From sequence record NC_042100.1: 64,000 bases of DNA; one strand, given 5' to 3'. How positions within the stretch are numbered: the first letter of the stretch is position 1; each line of letters starts with the position of its first letter. This document shows, piece after piece, positions 8,786 to 19,126 of this stretch. The notes under the pieces were generated by a model. That model saw only the letters and a program-made list of their open reading frames with translations. It searched no databases and was not told the DNA's origin. A program made the translations under genes and the position numbers.

Positions 8786-10927
8786 ATGAGTTACATCATC
8801 CACCCTTGGAACCCTTTTGGGGACAATGAACAGAGTGTGGTGTACAACGAAACGATCAGTGCGTTAGGTGAGGAACGTAGTTTATTAGTTCCTCGTTACG
8901 GCCCGTTCTTTGAGAAAGATCTCGTTCTTAAAGATGCGCAAACGGGTGTCGAACTAAAGCCGGGTCGAGACTTCGTTTTCAGTTACCCATTCGACGAATT
9001 CATTAAATATTACAATCGAACTGTTTTCGGTGGCATCACTCTATTAGATAGTGGTCGTAACCGACAGCTCGTTCTTGAGAAATACAAAACCGTTGGTGAA
9101 CCGTTCACACAGAATGACCAAGAGTTCATTCGTCTGACGTCAACGATCATTCATTCGGAACGTATTGCGGACTGGAGTCAGGTAGTTAACCTACCTATGG
9201 AAGGGTTCCCTTCTGACCCACACCAACACGAACCGGACTTAACCTACAACTATCATAAATTCATCGAAGTGATGAAAGCGATAGATGCAGCACAGCGCAA
9301 CGAGTTCAACAACCCTACCGTTGCTTCTCAGCTGGCTGAACACGTTTCCCAAGCTTTTAAGTTAACCCACCCTAACGCAACAGCCGCGGATTTCAATCTA
9401 GGTAACGTGGAAGACTTCGGTGTCGCTACCGAATCTGACTTACAAGGTAATTCCGATCAACTGTATTTGACTTTAGCTAAAGGTCGATTACTGACGGAAA
9501 ACATCTTGAAAGATCTGAATCTCTACCCAGATCAAACACCCACAGAACCGGGTAGTGATGACCCACTACATCAACCGCTATCTTTAGCTAAAGCGTTGGA
9601 GTTGTTTGTAGGGAAGAAAGACGATCTTGCTGAAATTGCTAGTCGTGGTAAGGCCGCTCGTCGTAATGCTCGTAATAACCTTGGTCTAGGGGATGCGGCA
9701 ACCGCGACCATCGAACAAACCATCGGTGATGGCCTTAAGGCTTTGATGTCACAAAAAGCGATCTCTGACGCTTTAGCCAAGCTAGTTCCTCAAACCCGAA
9801 CGATCAACGGAATGCCGTTAACCAAAGATATCACTATTGATGTCAACGATAACGATTCTTACTCTAGAACGGAAACCGATAACTTACTAAACAAAAAGTT
9901 TGATAAGACTTCGGTGAGTCAGAGTACGGGTACGAGTTCGGTTGCGGTAATGTCTCAGAAAGTGACGACCGATGAATTGAACAAACGAGTGCCAAACACT
10001 CGTAAAGTGAACGGCAAGCCATTATCGTCTGATGTTTCTTTATCGCCGGGTGATGTGGGGGCGTACACTAAAACTCAAGTCAATGACTTGGTCAATGGTC
10101 GTGTGCCTAATGGTCGTACGGTCAATGGTAAAGCCCTGAGTTCAAATATCTCTTTGAGCGCGGCGGATGTCGGTGCTTATACCAAGTCTGAAGTCAACAG
10201 TCGTTTAGATGACAAGTTTGATAAATCTCGTTTGACCAGCAGTACGGGTGGCAGTACGTCTTATGCGATGACTCAAAAAGGTGTGACTGACCAACTCAAT
10301 ACCAAAGTTCCTACTTCTCGTACGATTAATGGTAAAGCACTTACAGGTAACATCTCTCTGAGTGCAGCTAATGTGGGTGCTTATACTAAGGCAGAGACCG
10401 ATTACCGTCTCAACCTTCGTTTAGAGAAAAACAAAATCTCACAAGGCCAAGGTAATAATGCTGCCTATGTGATGTCCCAGAAAGCAGTAACTGACGGGCT
10501 GAATAGTAAAGTTCCAACGTCACGCACGATTAATGGGAAGGCGTTAACGGGTAACATCTCTTTGAGTGCGTCTGACATCGGACTGGGTTCGGTTGAAAAC
10601 AAACGTTGGGTCAAGGTAAAGGACGCTTCAGTGAGTTTCAACCTTCGTAATGGTTACCGTGTTTACACGGGTGAAGTCGATACCGGTCTACGTCTCCCTT
10701 ATCAAGATGGTCGTCGTTTTGATAAAGATCGTTTCCGTGTTATCCCAGAGACCATAGGTAACATTACGTCCAGCAACGCTAACGCTTGTTGGTGGGGTGT
10801 TGACTATGAGGTCGTTCTGAAACAGTACTGGAATAAGGGTCATCAAATCTGGGTCAAGTTTTACGGTTCAGGTGCGTATATCTCTTCCGGTAAGATCAGT
10901 GGTTACGAGCTGTACGAGTGGAAATAA
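8786..10927 (+). CDS. Tail fibre protein with internal shaft repeats
   Basis: Probable start MSYIIHPW at 8786; the track start overlaps the divergent gene. N-terminal PRYGPFF and HQH motifs are shared with the next paralogues; five VP..RT(I/V)NGK.L...ISLSA.DVGAY repeats. Confidence 0.8.
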   Translation: MSYIIHPWNPFGDNEQSVVYNETISALGEERSLLVPRYGPFFEKDLVLKDAQTGVELKPGRDFVFSYPFDEFIKYYNRTVFGGITLLDSGRNRQLVLEKYKTVGEPFTQNDQEFIRLTSTIIHSERIADWSQVVNLPMEGFPSDPHQHEPDLTYNYHKFIEVMKAIDAAQRNEFNNPTVASQLAEHVSQAFKLTHPNATAADFNLGNVEDFGVATESDLQGNSDQLYLTLAKGRLLTENILKDLNLYPDQTPTEPGSDDPLHQPLSLAKALELFVGKKDDLAEIASRGKAARRNARNNLGLGDAATATIEQTIGDGLKALMSQKAISDALAKLVPQTRTINGMPLTKDITIDVNDNDSYSRTETDNLLNKKFDKTSVSQSTGTSSVAVMSQKVTTDELNKRVPNTRKVNGKPLSSDVSLSPGDVGAYTKTQVNDLVNGRVPNGRTVNGKALSSNISLSAADVGAYTKSEVNSRLDDKFDKSRLTSSTGGSTSYAMTQKGVTDQLNTKVPTSRTINGKALTGNISLSAANVGAYTKAETDYRLNLRLEKNKISQGQGNNAAYVMSQKAVTDGLNSKVPTSRTINGKALTGNISLSASDIGLGSVENKRWVKVKDASVSFNLRNGYRVYTGEVDTGLRLPYQDGRRFDKDRFRVIPETIGNITSSNANACWWGVDYEVVLKQYWNKGHQIWVKFYGSGAYISSGKISGYELYEWK
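9737..10600 (+). repeat. Five coding tail-fibre repeats (38-68 aa units)
   Basis: SQK..TD.LN.KVP.SRTINGKALTGNISLSA units; the last two are 204 nt apart. Confidence 0.85.
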
Positions 10928-10941
10928 TACTTCCTTAGTTA

Positions 10942-10975
10942 ATAATCCAGAGGTCCGTAGGGATCTCTGGATTAT
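10942..10975 (+). terminator. Intrinsic terminator
   Basis: ATAATCCAGAGGTCC-gtag-GGATCTCTGGATTAT stem after the fibre gene. Confidence 0.75.
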
Positions 10976-11047
10976 ATTACGGTAGAACGAATTTTATGAT
11001 TCATTAACTTCTAGGGTAATAACCCGGAACTTATTAAAGGACGGAAT

Positions 11048-14000
11048 ATGAACCTCCCCGAGATTAAACAATATCGGTTTGATGTAAGAGGGTCGGCGAG
11101 AGAGAACTTAGTTCCTCGAGAGTTGATCCCTGCCAGTGATGAACGCAGTGCTAAGATCGTGGTCCCTAGACACGCACCTTTTTTCATTGAGTCAGTTCAC
11201 GTTTACATCGCCGGTCAAACGGTTCCCCTTAACTTAGGTGAGCACTATGACTTCGTGAGCATTGATCACGAGTTATCCGAATACTGCGGTAACCGAGTGA
11301 GTTGGGTGATCCGTAAACTCAAAGACAACCTACCAGACTTAGAGATCACCTATCAAACGTTAGGTTCCATTCCAGCGTTAACCGCGACCACGAAGTACTG
11401 GTATGAAGCGGCAGCGTTAGACCAACGTCCTGTGTGGTTCGATCAGCTATTAAACAAACCAAGTCACTACATGCCAATGTTACACGGCCATGATCTAGCA
11501 CAAGGTTTCTTTAATTTCTCACGTCTTATTGAAGTTTACGAAGATCGATATGAAACACTATTTGGTCAAGATGCTTTAGTGCCTTATCGTGATTGGTTTA
11601 TTGCTCAGCTCAATAACCTTAAATCGTACGTACAACCTTACAGAACGCTTTTGGAGCGTTACACTGACAATCACATTGAGCATCAACGAGATCCTCATGG
11701 AACGCGTTCTAGGGCGGTTCCCGGGTTAGATCAAATCGATGAAGTGAAAACCGCTTCACATTTGGACATCGAAGCTGGAAACAATGATCGTCTACGAGTT
11801 GTTGCAGCTCAAGCTCACGACCTCATTAATAAAGTCGGACCTAATCCTAAAGATCACGTACCTCCAACGATTGTTGGTGATTATGGTCAACACCTACTAC
11901 CGTTAGACGGTAGTCCTTCTCCAATTCCGAAAACAACACTTACCGTTGGTGTTAAGGATTTGATGGTCAACGCTTACGTGGATAGACTAGGAGTAGGTCG
12001 AGGTCAACAACTCTTCACGGGTAACGATAAAGACGTAGTTAACAATATCTTTAACCCGAATCCAATCAGTGATGACCGTAACCCGAATGACAACGTTTGG
12101 ATTAACGAACACATTGATGCCGGATATGATTTGTTTGTGGCAGGCGGTAACCGTGAAGCTCGATTAATGTACAACGCTTCCGGGAACTACTGGGACTTGA
12201 TTATAGATCCAATCAATCCAACGGATTACAAAACACAACCCGATACCAAAATACGAGTAACCGGGGACATGAGTGATGTCAAACGATACATTAGAGAATG
12301 GCGTCTAATCCATACCGAAGGTGCAGTGCATTTGATTCGTACTGTTGACCATGAGACCCGCCCTACAGTTCATTGGAAAACAATCACCTACCGTTCAGAA
12401 CACGGTAACGTTGGTGTGGTACGTTCGTACACGTTCAAATACAAAACCATCAACGATGGGACGAACTACACTGAACAAGGTCGAGTGATTTTGTTTCCTC
12501 GAGGATTCAGTTCCGGTCGTTATGCCAACGGGGACTTGGTGTTTTCCGACCCAGTGGAGTTGGTTCGTGAAGACAATCAGATCTTGATTCTTCCTGCGGT
12601 AGTGGAGGACGCGCTCTATATGGAGTTCTTACTCCCTGAGACGTTCCGACATAAAGGGGAATTGCGCCGTTATGTTCACTCTCATATGGCGGAAGTAAAT
12701 CTGGACCATAGTAAAGCGGAAATGACATTGACGTGGACCGACACTCGACCTCGTCCTTATGTTGTAACTGATTCATTGTTTTCTAAGACACCCGATGCGA
12801 ATAACTACTTTGAGCAAGTTGCGGTCCCTTTCCCTAGTGAGTTAACCAGTCGACGTGCAACTTTAGTTCAAATGTCTCAAGAAGGATTCTTCGGATTTGG
12901 GTATAAAGAGAACTCCCTTGGTGAAATGTTTGCAGTACGCATTACCCCCGGTGAATACTCTATTGATCATACTGGTCGTAAATGGCATTTGGCGGACACG
13001 GGTGAATGGGCAGTTAACCGAGTGGGTGGAGCTTCTCCTATTAACCACGATCACATCGACGTAGGACACCTCCCTCCTATGAATCCTTACATGGGGGTTT
13101 GGGCTGAGTCTAATGTTCGTAACCGTTACGGTATCGTGAAGGGCATCCATCCTGAGCACGGCATGGGTTTCTTTTACAAGAACTTGTACGGCGGAGTTAA
13201 CTTACAAACGATCGCCGGGTCGGAAGTCAGAACCAGTTTACCTCTGGACAACATCGAATACGTGCAGGGTTTACACCCAAGTCGCTGGATTGGTACGGTG
13301 CTGGATGAATCAGAACGTGAATCTGAATTTTGTTGGCAAGTGGCTTCTTCCGACGGTGTTGATCGCTGTGTTCCTTATCAAGTGGGATTCAGTGGTTCTC
13401 AGTTCACGGTAATCCACTACGTTAAAGTTTCTGATGAATGGTTAGCTGGACTTGGAGTCACCGAAAACGACCATTGGACTCTACTATTGGGTAGACCACA
13501 CGATCTTCCAGACTTGTTGTTCATTACTCGAGTACAAGCCGGGTTAATTAAAACCACGGTTAAAGTACTTCGTGTGTCGGACGAAGTCTTGGGTCGTGTT
13601 GACGGCATGCACGATCATACTACGATGACCACACTAGGTGCGGATGACGTACCAACGATCATTGACGAACGAACAACGTCACATCCTTCCCCCGCTCATG
13701 TCGTAAAGGAAAAGATTGGTCATCCTAACCCTTCCATGGACACTAATGTGATTAACGTTCTGATGGGAGTGAGTGGTCGCACTACGTTCAACTTGCACCC
13801 TAACAACCGATTTGGGAATGAATCCCATCAACTGACTTATCCGTTTTCGTTGGTGTTAAATCAGAGTAATGACACGATCGCCTTCTTTGAAGATGAGATT
13901 AAAGACGGCTGTGTGGGGTTGTCTCCTGATTTAGGTTGGGTTCGTACCTCAAACAAAGCACAGCGTATGTGTGGAGGTATGGTTAATGCCGGTCAACAAC

Positions 14001-14317
14001 TAGGGAGTGGTTATCAAGTTAACCCAAGTTACATTCCGGTTTACCCGGGTCTAGTGGGGATGTTTAATATCGTTCCTGAGAACCGTCACAAGGTTTACTT
14101 ACCCATCCCTATGGACGTTCAAGTGGAGAATCATCTGTTCCGCGTTCGTGGTTTGGTTTACGATACGAAACAACTCATTGTCCCCGGGAGTACCCAACGT
14201 CATCATCTTGGTGTTGTTAACGACCCTCTAGGTCCTTACTTAGAAGTAGACAGCTACACAACCGTAGACGAGGGTTGGTTAATCGATGTTACCGAACAAG
14301 GTGTAACAATTATTTAA
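11048..14317 (+). CDS. Tail fibre / baseplate-associated protein, 1089 aa
   Basis: N-terminal PRHAPFF, WFDQLLNKP..HGHD and H...DPH..GL motifs shared with neighbours; beta-rich C-terminal region. Confidence 0.7.
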   Translation: MNLPEIKQYRFDVRGSARENLVPRELIPASDERSAKIVVPRHAPFFIESVHVYIAGQTVPLNLGEHYDFVSIDHELSEYCGNRVSWVIRKLKDNLPDLEITYQTLGSIPALTATTKYWYEAAALDQRPVWFDQLLNKPSHYMPMLHGHDLAQGFFNFSRLIEVYEDRYETLFGQDALVPYRDWFIAQLNNLKSYVQPYRTLLERYTDNHIEHQRDPHGTRSRAVPGLDQIDEVKTASHLDIEAGNNDRLRVVAAQAHDLINKVGPNPKDHVPPTIVGDYGQHLLPLDGSPSPIPKTTLTVGVKDLMVNAYVDRLGVGRGQQLFTGNDKDVVNNIFNPNPISDDRNPNDNVWINEHIDAGYDLFVAGGNREARLMYNASGNYWDLIIDPINPTDYKTQPDTKIRVTGDMSDVKRYIREWRLIHTEGAVHLIRTVDHETRPTVHWKTITYRSEHGNVGVVRSYTFKYKTINDGTNYTEQGRVILFPRGFSSGRYANGDLVFSDPVELVREDNQILILPAVVEDALYMEFLLPETFRHKGELRRYVHSHMAEVNLDHSKAEMTLTWTDTRPRPYVVTDSLFSKTPDANNYFEQVAVPFPSELTSRRATLVQMSQEGFFGFGYKENSLGEMFAVRITPGEYSIDHTGRKWHLADTGEWAVNRVGGASPINHDHIDVGHLPPMNPYMGVWAESNVRNRYGIVKGIHPEHGMGFFYKNLYGGVNLQTIAGSEVRTSLPLDNIEYVQGLHPSRWIGTVLDESERESEFCWQVASSDGVDRCVPYQVGFSGSQFTVIHYVKVSDEWLAGLGVTENDHWTLLLGRPHDLPDLLFITRVQAGLIKTTVKVLRVSDEVLGRVDGMHDHTTMTTLGADDVPTIIDERTTSHPSPAHVVKEKIGHPNPSMDTNVINVLMGVSGRTTFNLHPNNRFGNESHQLTYPFSLVLNQSNDTIAFFEDEIKDGCVGLSPDLGWVRTSNKAQRMCGGMVNAGQQLGSGYQVNPSYIPVYPGLVGMFNIVPENRHKVYLPIPMDVQVENHLFRVRGLVYDTKQLIVPGSTQRHHLGVVNDPLGPYLEVDSYTTVDEGWLIDVTEQGVTII

Positions 14318-14320
14318 TGT

Positions 14321-14337
14321 AGGGGGGTTCACCCCCT
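14321..14337 (+). terminator. Stem-loop between fibre genes
   Basis: AGGGGG-gttca-CCCCCT followed by TTA. Confidence 0.5.
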
Positions 14338-14355
14338 TTAACTAACGAGGACCGT

Positions 14356-16566
14356 ATGGAAATTGTTAAAGTATTGCCTTTGGATTTAAAGGGTGAGTTG
14401 GCGTCTAACTACATCTCTGATGAAGTTCAGCCCGTCACCGCTCTATCCCGAGACTGGTATCGTCCTGATTACAGTCCTTTCTTCATCGACGACTTTGAGT
14501 TGTACGATGGGGATGGGATGTTGCTAAAACGCAACGTCCACTATTCCTTTGAATCCTTAAACCAAGAAATGGTGAAGAAGACCGGTAAACCCGTTTACAA
14601 CTTCTTCCGGATTAAAGACATCACCCTCAACTACAAAAAGTCTTACCACATTAAGTATCGGAGTATCGGTAATACCGGCTTCCCTCGTTCCTTAATTAGT
14701 AAGATGGCTCATGAATTGTTAAACAGCGATTACTGGGTAGATTGGGATACTCAGGTACTAGGTAAACCACCTACGATGCCGGCGTATCAACATTGGCACG
14801 ATATCGCAACAGAAGTAGCCAACTGGGATCAGTTCATTAGCTTTGCCCAGCAACACCTTGACTTCGTTATGGAGACCAAGCGTGCACACTACGACCGCAC
14901 CATGGCGATGATCAATAAAGTGGAGGGATTGTTTTCTAAAGAACATCGGGATTACCGACAAAGACTAAAAGAACACGATCAAGACTACGGCAACCCGCAT
15001 GAACTTGAACGCAAACATTTTAGTTTAACGTATATACCCAATGTCCCTTTGGCAACCGTCAAGGAAGACTATCAAGGGGATATCATCGATCGGTTCTCTA
15101 CTCCGAAAGGATTAGCGTTAGCGGTTAAAGACAAACAACGTATGTCTCCGACCTTGGTGCGTTCAGGTGAGATCAAACAAAACGCCTTTAACCTACTCGG
15201 TAAAACGTCGACTGTTCATCCACCGAGAACCATGGAGTTCAACCAAATTACTAAAGCCGCAGTATGTCGTGATGTAAAGGACGGACTGGTGTTTTATTTT
15301 GGGGACAACTCCGGTCAGCCGATTGGTCTCCTTTATGGTCAAGGTACTGAGTTAAGTTTCACTGGTGAACAACGAGACATTAACGCTTCCGACGGCAGAT
15401 CAGATGAAGTGTTGAAGACCTTGGGTGGCGGTGTTGTGATACGTCGTCATGATTCAAACACTGGTCTTTATTACGCCAATCCTGAGGAACTCCTAAGTGG
15501 GTCTCCGAATTTCACTAAACTGGATTTAAGTAATCTGGATGGATTATACGGTACAGGGTGGGAAGAACGCAGTTGGTTTGTTAAGTGTCAACGTGGGTTG
15601 TTATTGATCACTCATGATACTGAGAGCAGTACCTACGTTTATAATGTGAAGTTCAGCCTGTTTGAGTTCGATGACGCCCAGCTTGACCTTGGAAAGACTT
15701 ACACCTCACGTGCGCTTTCCTTTGATTACCAGAACGAAGACGGAACAGACATCAAAGATTCTTATCGTCTAGCGTTGGTCTCGATTAAACAAGGTACAGA
15801 AACCAATACCTTCGATCGTTTCCACCATAGTTTCACTCGAGCAATACGTACTGTAAATCTTAATGGTCATGGGTTCTCCTTATCAGCGGAGGTAGAAAAC
15901 GAACATCCTGAACGTGTGCTGTTGAAACTGTTGACGTCAGTTACATTGGACGGGGATGAATACCCAATCGAATCTGGATGGGAGCTAAACTTGAAAGAGA
16001 TGCGCTTCACTAACATTCCGGGATCGAGTAATGCCCGTTCCATCGATAACACCAAGTCGTATCAACGTTTCGGTGACTCCTTAATCAAACTAACCAAAGG
16101 TCCGTCAAAGTACCCAAGCTTGGGAATTAGTCAAGACGGTAACTTGATCAACTACTACGGGAATAAACGTTATACGGCGTGCGGGACCATTTCAATGACC
16201 CCGATGTTAGTTTACCGCACTTCAGTTGAAACTAAGTTATTTGAGGGCGTGGTTTCTAAAGACGCAAACCTCGGGTTAGTGGTGGTCCCGAGTGGGGAAA
16301 CCAAATGGACGGTTTCTGTCCCTAATGACTGCGAAGCCGTTTACCAAGGTGTTCGTGCTACGTTAAAACGTTGTTCACTCGATGTGCGTACGTCTAGCAA
16401 GTGGTCAGGTGGTGGGGTCACACCAATACAAGTTGGTTTGATCTCTTCCCCATCAGGCTTAATGTTAGTAACAGATGAACCTGAACATAAAGGGTTCTAC
16501 CCAATAGCACGAATGTTGATCGATGATACAGGTATCAGCAATTTCTCATTAATGACTGGAGACTAA
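14356..16566 (+). CDS. Tail fibre / baseplate-associated protein, 736 aa
   Basis: RPDYSPFF, WDTQVLGKP..HWHD and H...GNPH motifs; SD GAGG. Confidence 0.7.
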   Translation: MEIVKVLPLDLKGELASNYISDEVQPVTALSRDWYRPDYSPFFIDDFELYDGDGMLLKRNVHYSFESLNQEMVKKTGKPVYNFFRIKDITLNYKKSYHIKYRSIGNTGFPRSLISKMAHELLNSDYWVDWDTQVLGKPPTMPAYQHWHDIATEVANWDQFISFAQQHLDFVMETKRAHYDRTMAMINKVEGLFSKEHRDYRQRLKEHDQDYGNPHELERKHFSLTYIPNVPLATVKEDYQGDIIDRFSTPKGLALAVKDKQRMSPTLVRSGEIKQNAFNLLGKTSTVHPPRTMEFNQITKAAVCRDVKDGLVFYFGDNSGQPIGLLYGQGTELSFTGEQRDINASDGRSDEVLKTLGGGVVIRRHDSNTGLYYANPEELLSGSPNFTKLDLSNLDGLYGTGWEERSWFVKCQRGLLLITHDTESSTYVYNVKFSLFEFDDAQLDLGKTYTSRALSFDYQNEDGTDIKDSYRLALVSIKQGTETNTFDRFHHSFTRAIRTVNLNGHGFSLSAEVENEHPERVLLKLLTSVTLDGDEYPIESGWELNLKEMRFTNIPGSSNARSIDNTKSYQRFGDSLIKLTKGPSKYPSLGISQDGNLINYYGNKRYTACGTISMTPMLVYRTSVETKLFEGVVSKDANLGLVVVPSGETKWTVSVPNDCEAVYQGVRATLKRCSLDVRTSSKWSGGGVTPIQVGLISSPSGLMLVTDEPEHKGFYPIARMLIDDTGISNFSLMTGD

Positions 16567-16567
16567 C

Positions 16568-19078
16568 ATGAAAGTAGTTAGTGGAGGTATTCCGGGGAGA
16601 CCCCAACATACCACCGGTGCCGGTGATGTTTATACACAATTACACCGCATTGCATTTGCAAGAGCTGAACAGATCACCGAGACTGATCGTCAAACCCAAG
16701 CGTTAAATAGTGAAGTCACGGAATTAGTTAATGTTAACTACTCTGAGTTAAATAAGAAACTGACTGACCACATAAACTTAAAAGGTCCTCAACACGGCGA
16801 AACACTAGAGACCTTAGGGTTGTCTATGGTAGAGGACTTTCCCTTTACCCATGTTACCCATATTCAGTCAGGATCCGTTTACAACGAGTACGTTACACCT
16901 AAAACCTTAGGTGACGCGTTACATACGGTGAGTCATAGACCTGACGGGACGTTGTTACCGGTAAAGCGTTCTTACTTTACCGGAGTTGATGTCCCTAAAG
17001 AACCTATTCCTGACATCAACATCCACCCTACGGAAACCGACGATGGACTGCAATGGGTGCAAGGTAAGGTGTTGTCATGTGGGATGGGTGAAATGTTTAT
17101 CACTTATCCTGAGGTCGGTAAACAAGCCTATCTACTTAACGGTTCACCGGGCGCTAAACGTATTCACACCCTTAAACAGTTGGGGGTGGAGGATTCATCG
17201 GTAGCTCCTGAAGTCCATGGATGGAACGCGTGTTGCTTACGTCGTCAACAATCCTTCCGTCGTTTCCATGGTTATTTATCGGGCGAGTCCTTTGGTGTGG
17301 TAGGTCACGACCAAAACGATGAACTCCAGACTGGTAACCATATCACTTGGATGGATCCAGACCCTATTAACGGGAAAGGGTACGCAGGGTTCATTACTGC
17401 TGACGTCGATGGAGTGAAGTTTGGTTTGGTGCAACACAGTCCTTTAACTAAAGGAACACACGCAGGGATCAATGGAGATGGGTTTACCGGTTACGGTGGA
17501 CGAATTGTGGAAGACACGAACGCCTACCGTTTTACATTCGAAGGAATCGATCGAACCAAAACTTACGCTAAAGTGAGTTGGAACGCGTTAACTGGAAAGA
17601 CTGGTATCAAGTTCGAACACAGTGAAGTGGTCCATGGTGGGTTTGAATGGTTGGATTACGGTCGTGAACTCTTTGCGTTTTTGTGCGTGAATCTAAGTGA
17701 TGCTGATGGGAATCAACATACAGCTTACTTTGGATGGGAAATCGATCTTCGTAATCCTAAAGCAGTGAGTTGTACACGACTCAATACCCCGTTTGATTGG
17801 TCGACAAGTGCGATCCCTCAACTTGATAAAGTTCATCCTTTCCATCCACTGCATGGTGCGAGTGTATTCCGTCCTCAAGGTGGGCACGCCACTGTTCACT
17901 CATACAACCTGCAAACGTTCGTTTTAGATCACATCCACGACATTCGCTCGTTGCGTGAACTCTATGATCGTTGTTTGGAAATACCAACTCTGCCTTTGAG
18001 TACTGAGTTAAGGTTAAACCAAGGACTCCCATCGTTTGTTGTTGATTCTCAATATGGACGTTCATTCTTCCAAGGCAAAGAAACGTTAATTATTGGGACT
18101 CCTAACGCAATCGGTGAGTGGACATATCAGCATCAGATCCAACGTACACATTCATTTGAATCTCGCCTCATCTCGGAGATGAAAGAGTTCGATCAAGAAT
18201 GTGTAAACACCATCACGGAAAACGATGCATTCTTAACCGGTTTAGTGTGGTCGACTGAAAACATGCACCAAGCTAAAGGGACCATTCGTGGGGTTGTTGG
18301 CAAAGGTATGTTGGGTAAACCGGCTTATCTTACTGACAGCTCGTTGACCAAGGTTAAACTCCAACATAAAGCTTTCTTGGCGGAGAATCAAGAAGACGCT
18401 TATGCTTGTGTGTTGGTTTACCCAGATGGTAGCGAGTACGTCGGACTAGAGATGCGTTGTGATAATAACAGCAACGTTTACTTGGCTCGACTAAACGTGA
18501 CCCTAGTAGGTGGTCGTTACGACTTAGAACGCATCGGAGACTTTGTCAAAGTTTACGAAGGTAACGGGAAAGTTCTTAATGCACCAACTAATTTGCGTCG
18601 TTTCTTAAAACGAGATTTCTACGTAAATTACAAAGCTGGTTCCAACCCGAAAGTCACACTTCAAAACCCTATTCCAGACCGTACGTTACTGGTGACGGTT
18701 GAAGTCACCGACACCATTACAGTGGACGACGTTGTCGCTCCAGTCGCGAACGAGTTTGGATTAACTCAATACCGTGCAGTCATGACAGGACCAAACGGCG
18801 TGGCACTACCAGACTTAAACGTCTCGAATTTTTCCTTCAATGATTCAGGTAATAAGTTTTCTTTAGGTGGAATACCAAATATGGGACCAATGGGAACCAT
18901 ACCTAACTTAGACACTACCGTAGTCATCGGCGGGCGTCCGTACACCATTCCTACTTCGTTCTACTGGATGAAACAAGGAGAGACCGATCCTAAACTTAAC
19001 TTTGAGTTAAAGGACGGGGAACTGTGTGCGAGAGTTCTAGACGGCATTAGTTGGCAAGAGTTAGAATACATTCCATAA
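16568..19078 (+). CDS. Tail fibre-like protein, 836 aa
   Basis: LTDHINLKGPQHGETLETLGLSMVEDF matches the family motif; lacks the PFF N-domain; translationally coupled. Confidence 0.6.
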   Translation: MKVVSGGIPGRPQHTTGAGDVYTQLHRIAFARAEQITETDRQTQALNSEVTELVNVNYSELNKKLTDHINLKGPQHGETLETLGLSMVEDFPFTHVTHIQSGSVYNEYVTPKTLGDALHTVSHRPDGTLLPVKRSYFTGVDVPKEPIPDINIHPTETDDGLQWVQGKVLSCGMGEMFITYPEVGKQAYLLNGSPGAKRIHTLKQLGVEDSSVAPEVHGWNACCLRRQQSFRRFHGYLSGESFGVVGHDQNDELQTGNHITWMDPDPINGKGYAGFITADVDGVKFGLVQHSPLTKGTHAGINGDGFTGYGGRIVEDTNAYRFTFEGIDRTKTYAKVSWNALTGKTGIKFEHSEVVHGGFEWLDYGRELFAFLCVNLSDADGNQHTAYFGWEIDLRNPKAVSCTRLNTPFDWSTSAIPQLDKVHPFHPLHGASVFRPQGGHATVHSYNLQTFVLDHIHDIRSLRELYDRCLEIPTLPLSTELRLNQGLPSFVVDSQYGRSFFQGKETLIIGTPNAIGEWTYQHQIQRTHSFESRLISEMKEFDQECVNTITENDAFLTGLVWSTENMHQAKGTIRGVVGKGMLGKPAYLTDSSLTKVKLQHKAFLAENQEDAYACVLVYPDGSEYVGLEMRCDNNSNVYLARLNVTLVGGRYDLERIGDFVKVYEGNGKVLNAPTNLRRFLKRDFYVNYKAGSNPKVTLQNPIPDRTLLVTVEVTDTITVDDVVAPVANEFGLTQYRAVMTGPNGVALPDLNVSNFSFNDSGNKFSLGGIPNMGPMGTIPNLDTTVVIGGRPYTIPTSFYWMKQGETDPKLNFELKDGELCARVLDGISWQELEYIP

Positions 19079-19084
19079 TCAATA

Positions 19085-19118
19085 ATAACTCCTACCTCCG
19101 TTGGGAGGTAGGAGTTAT
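19085..19118. terminator. Bidirectional intrinsic terminator
   Basis: 15-bp inverted repeat ATAACTCCTACCTCC-gttg-GGAGGTAGGAGTTAT between convergent genes. Confidence 0.85.
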
Positions 19119-19126
19119 GTTTCTTT

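Noticed and set aside
9737-10600. Possible CRISPR-like or non-coding array
   Set aside because: Repeats are in-frame protein repeats with synonymous divergence; no identical direct repeats with spacers.
10973-10990. TATATTAC early-motif core upstream of 11048
   Set aside because: Overlaps the terminator arm, lacks the leading TC and the downstream GTGT, and precedes a structural gene.
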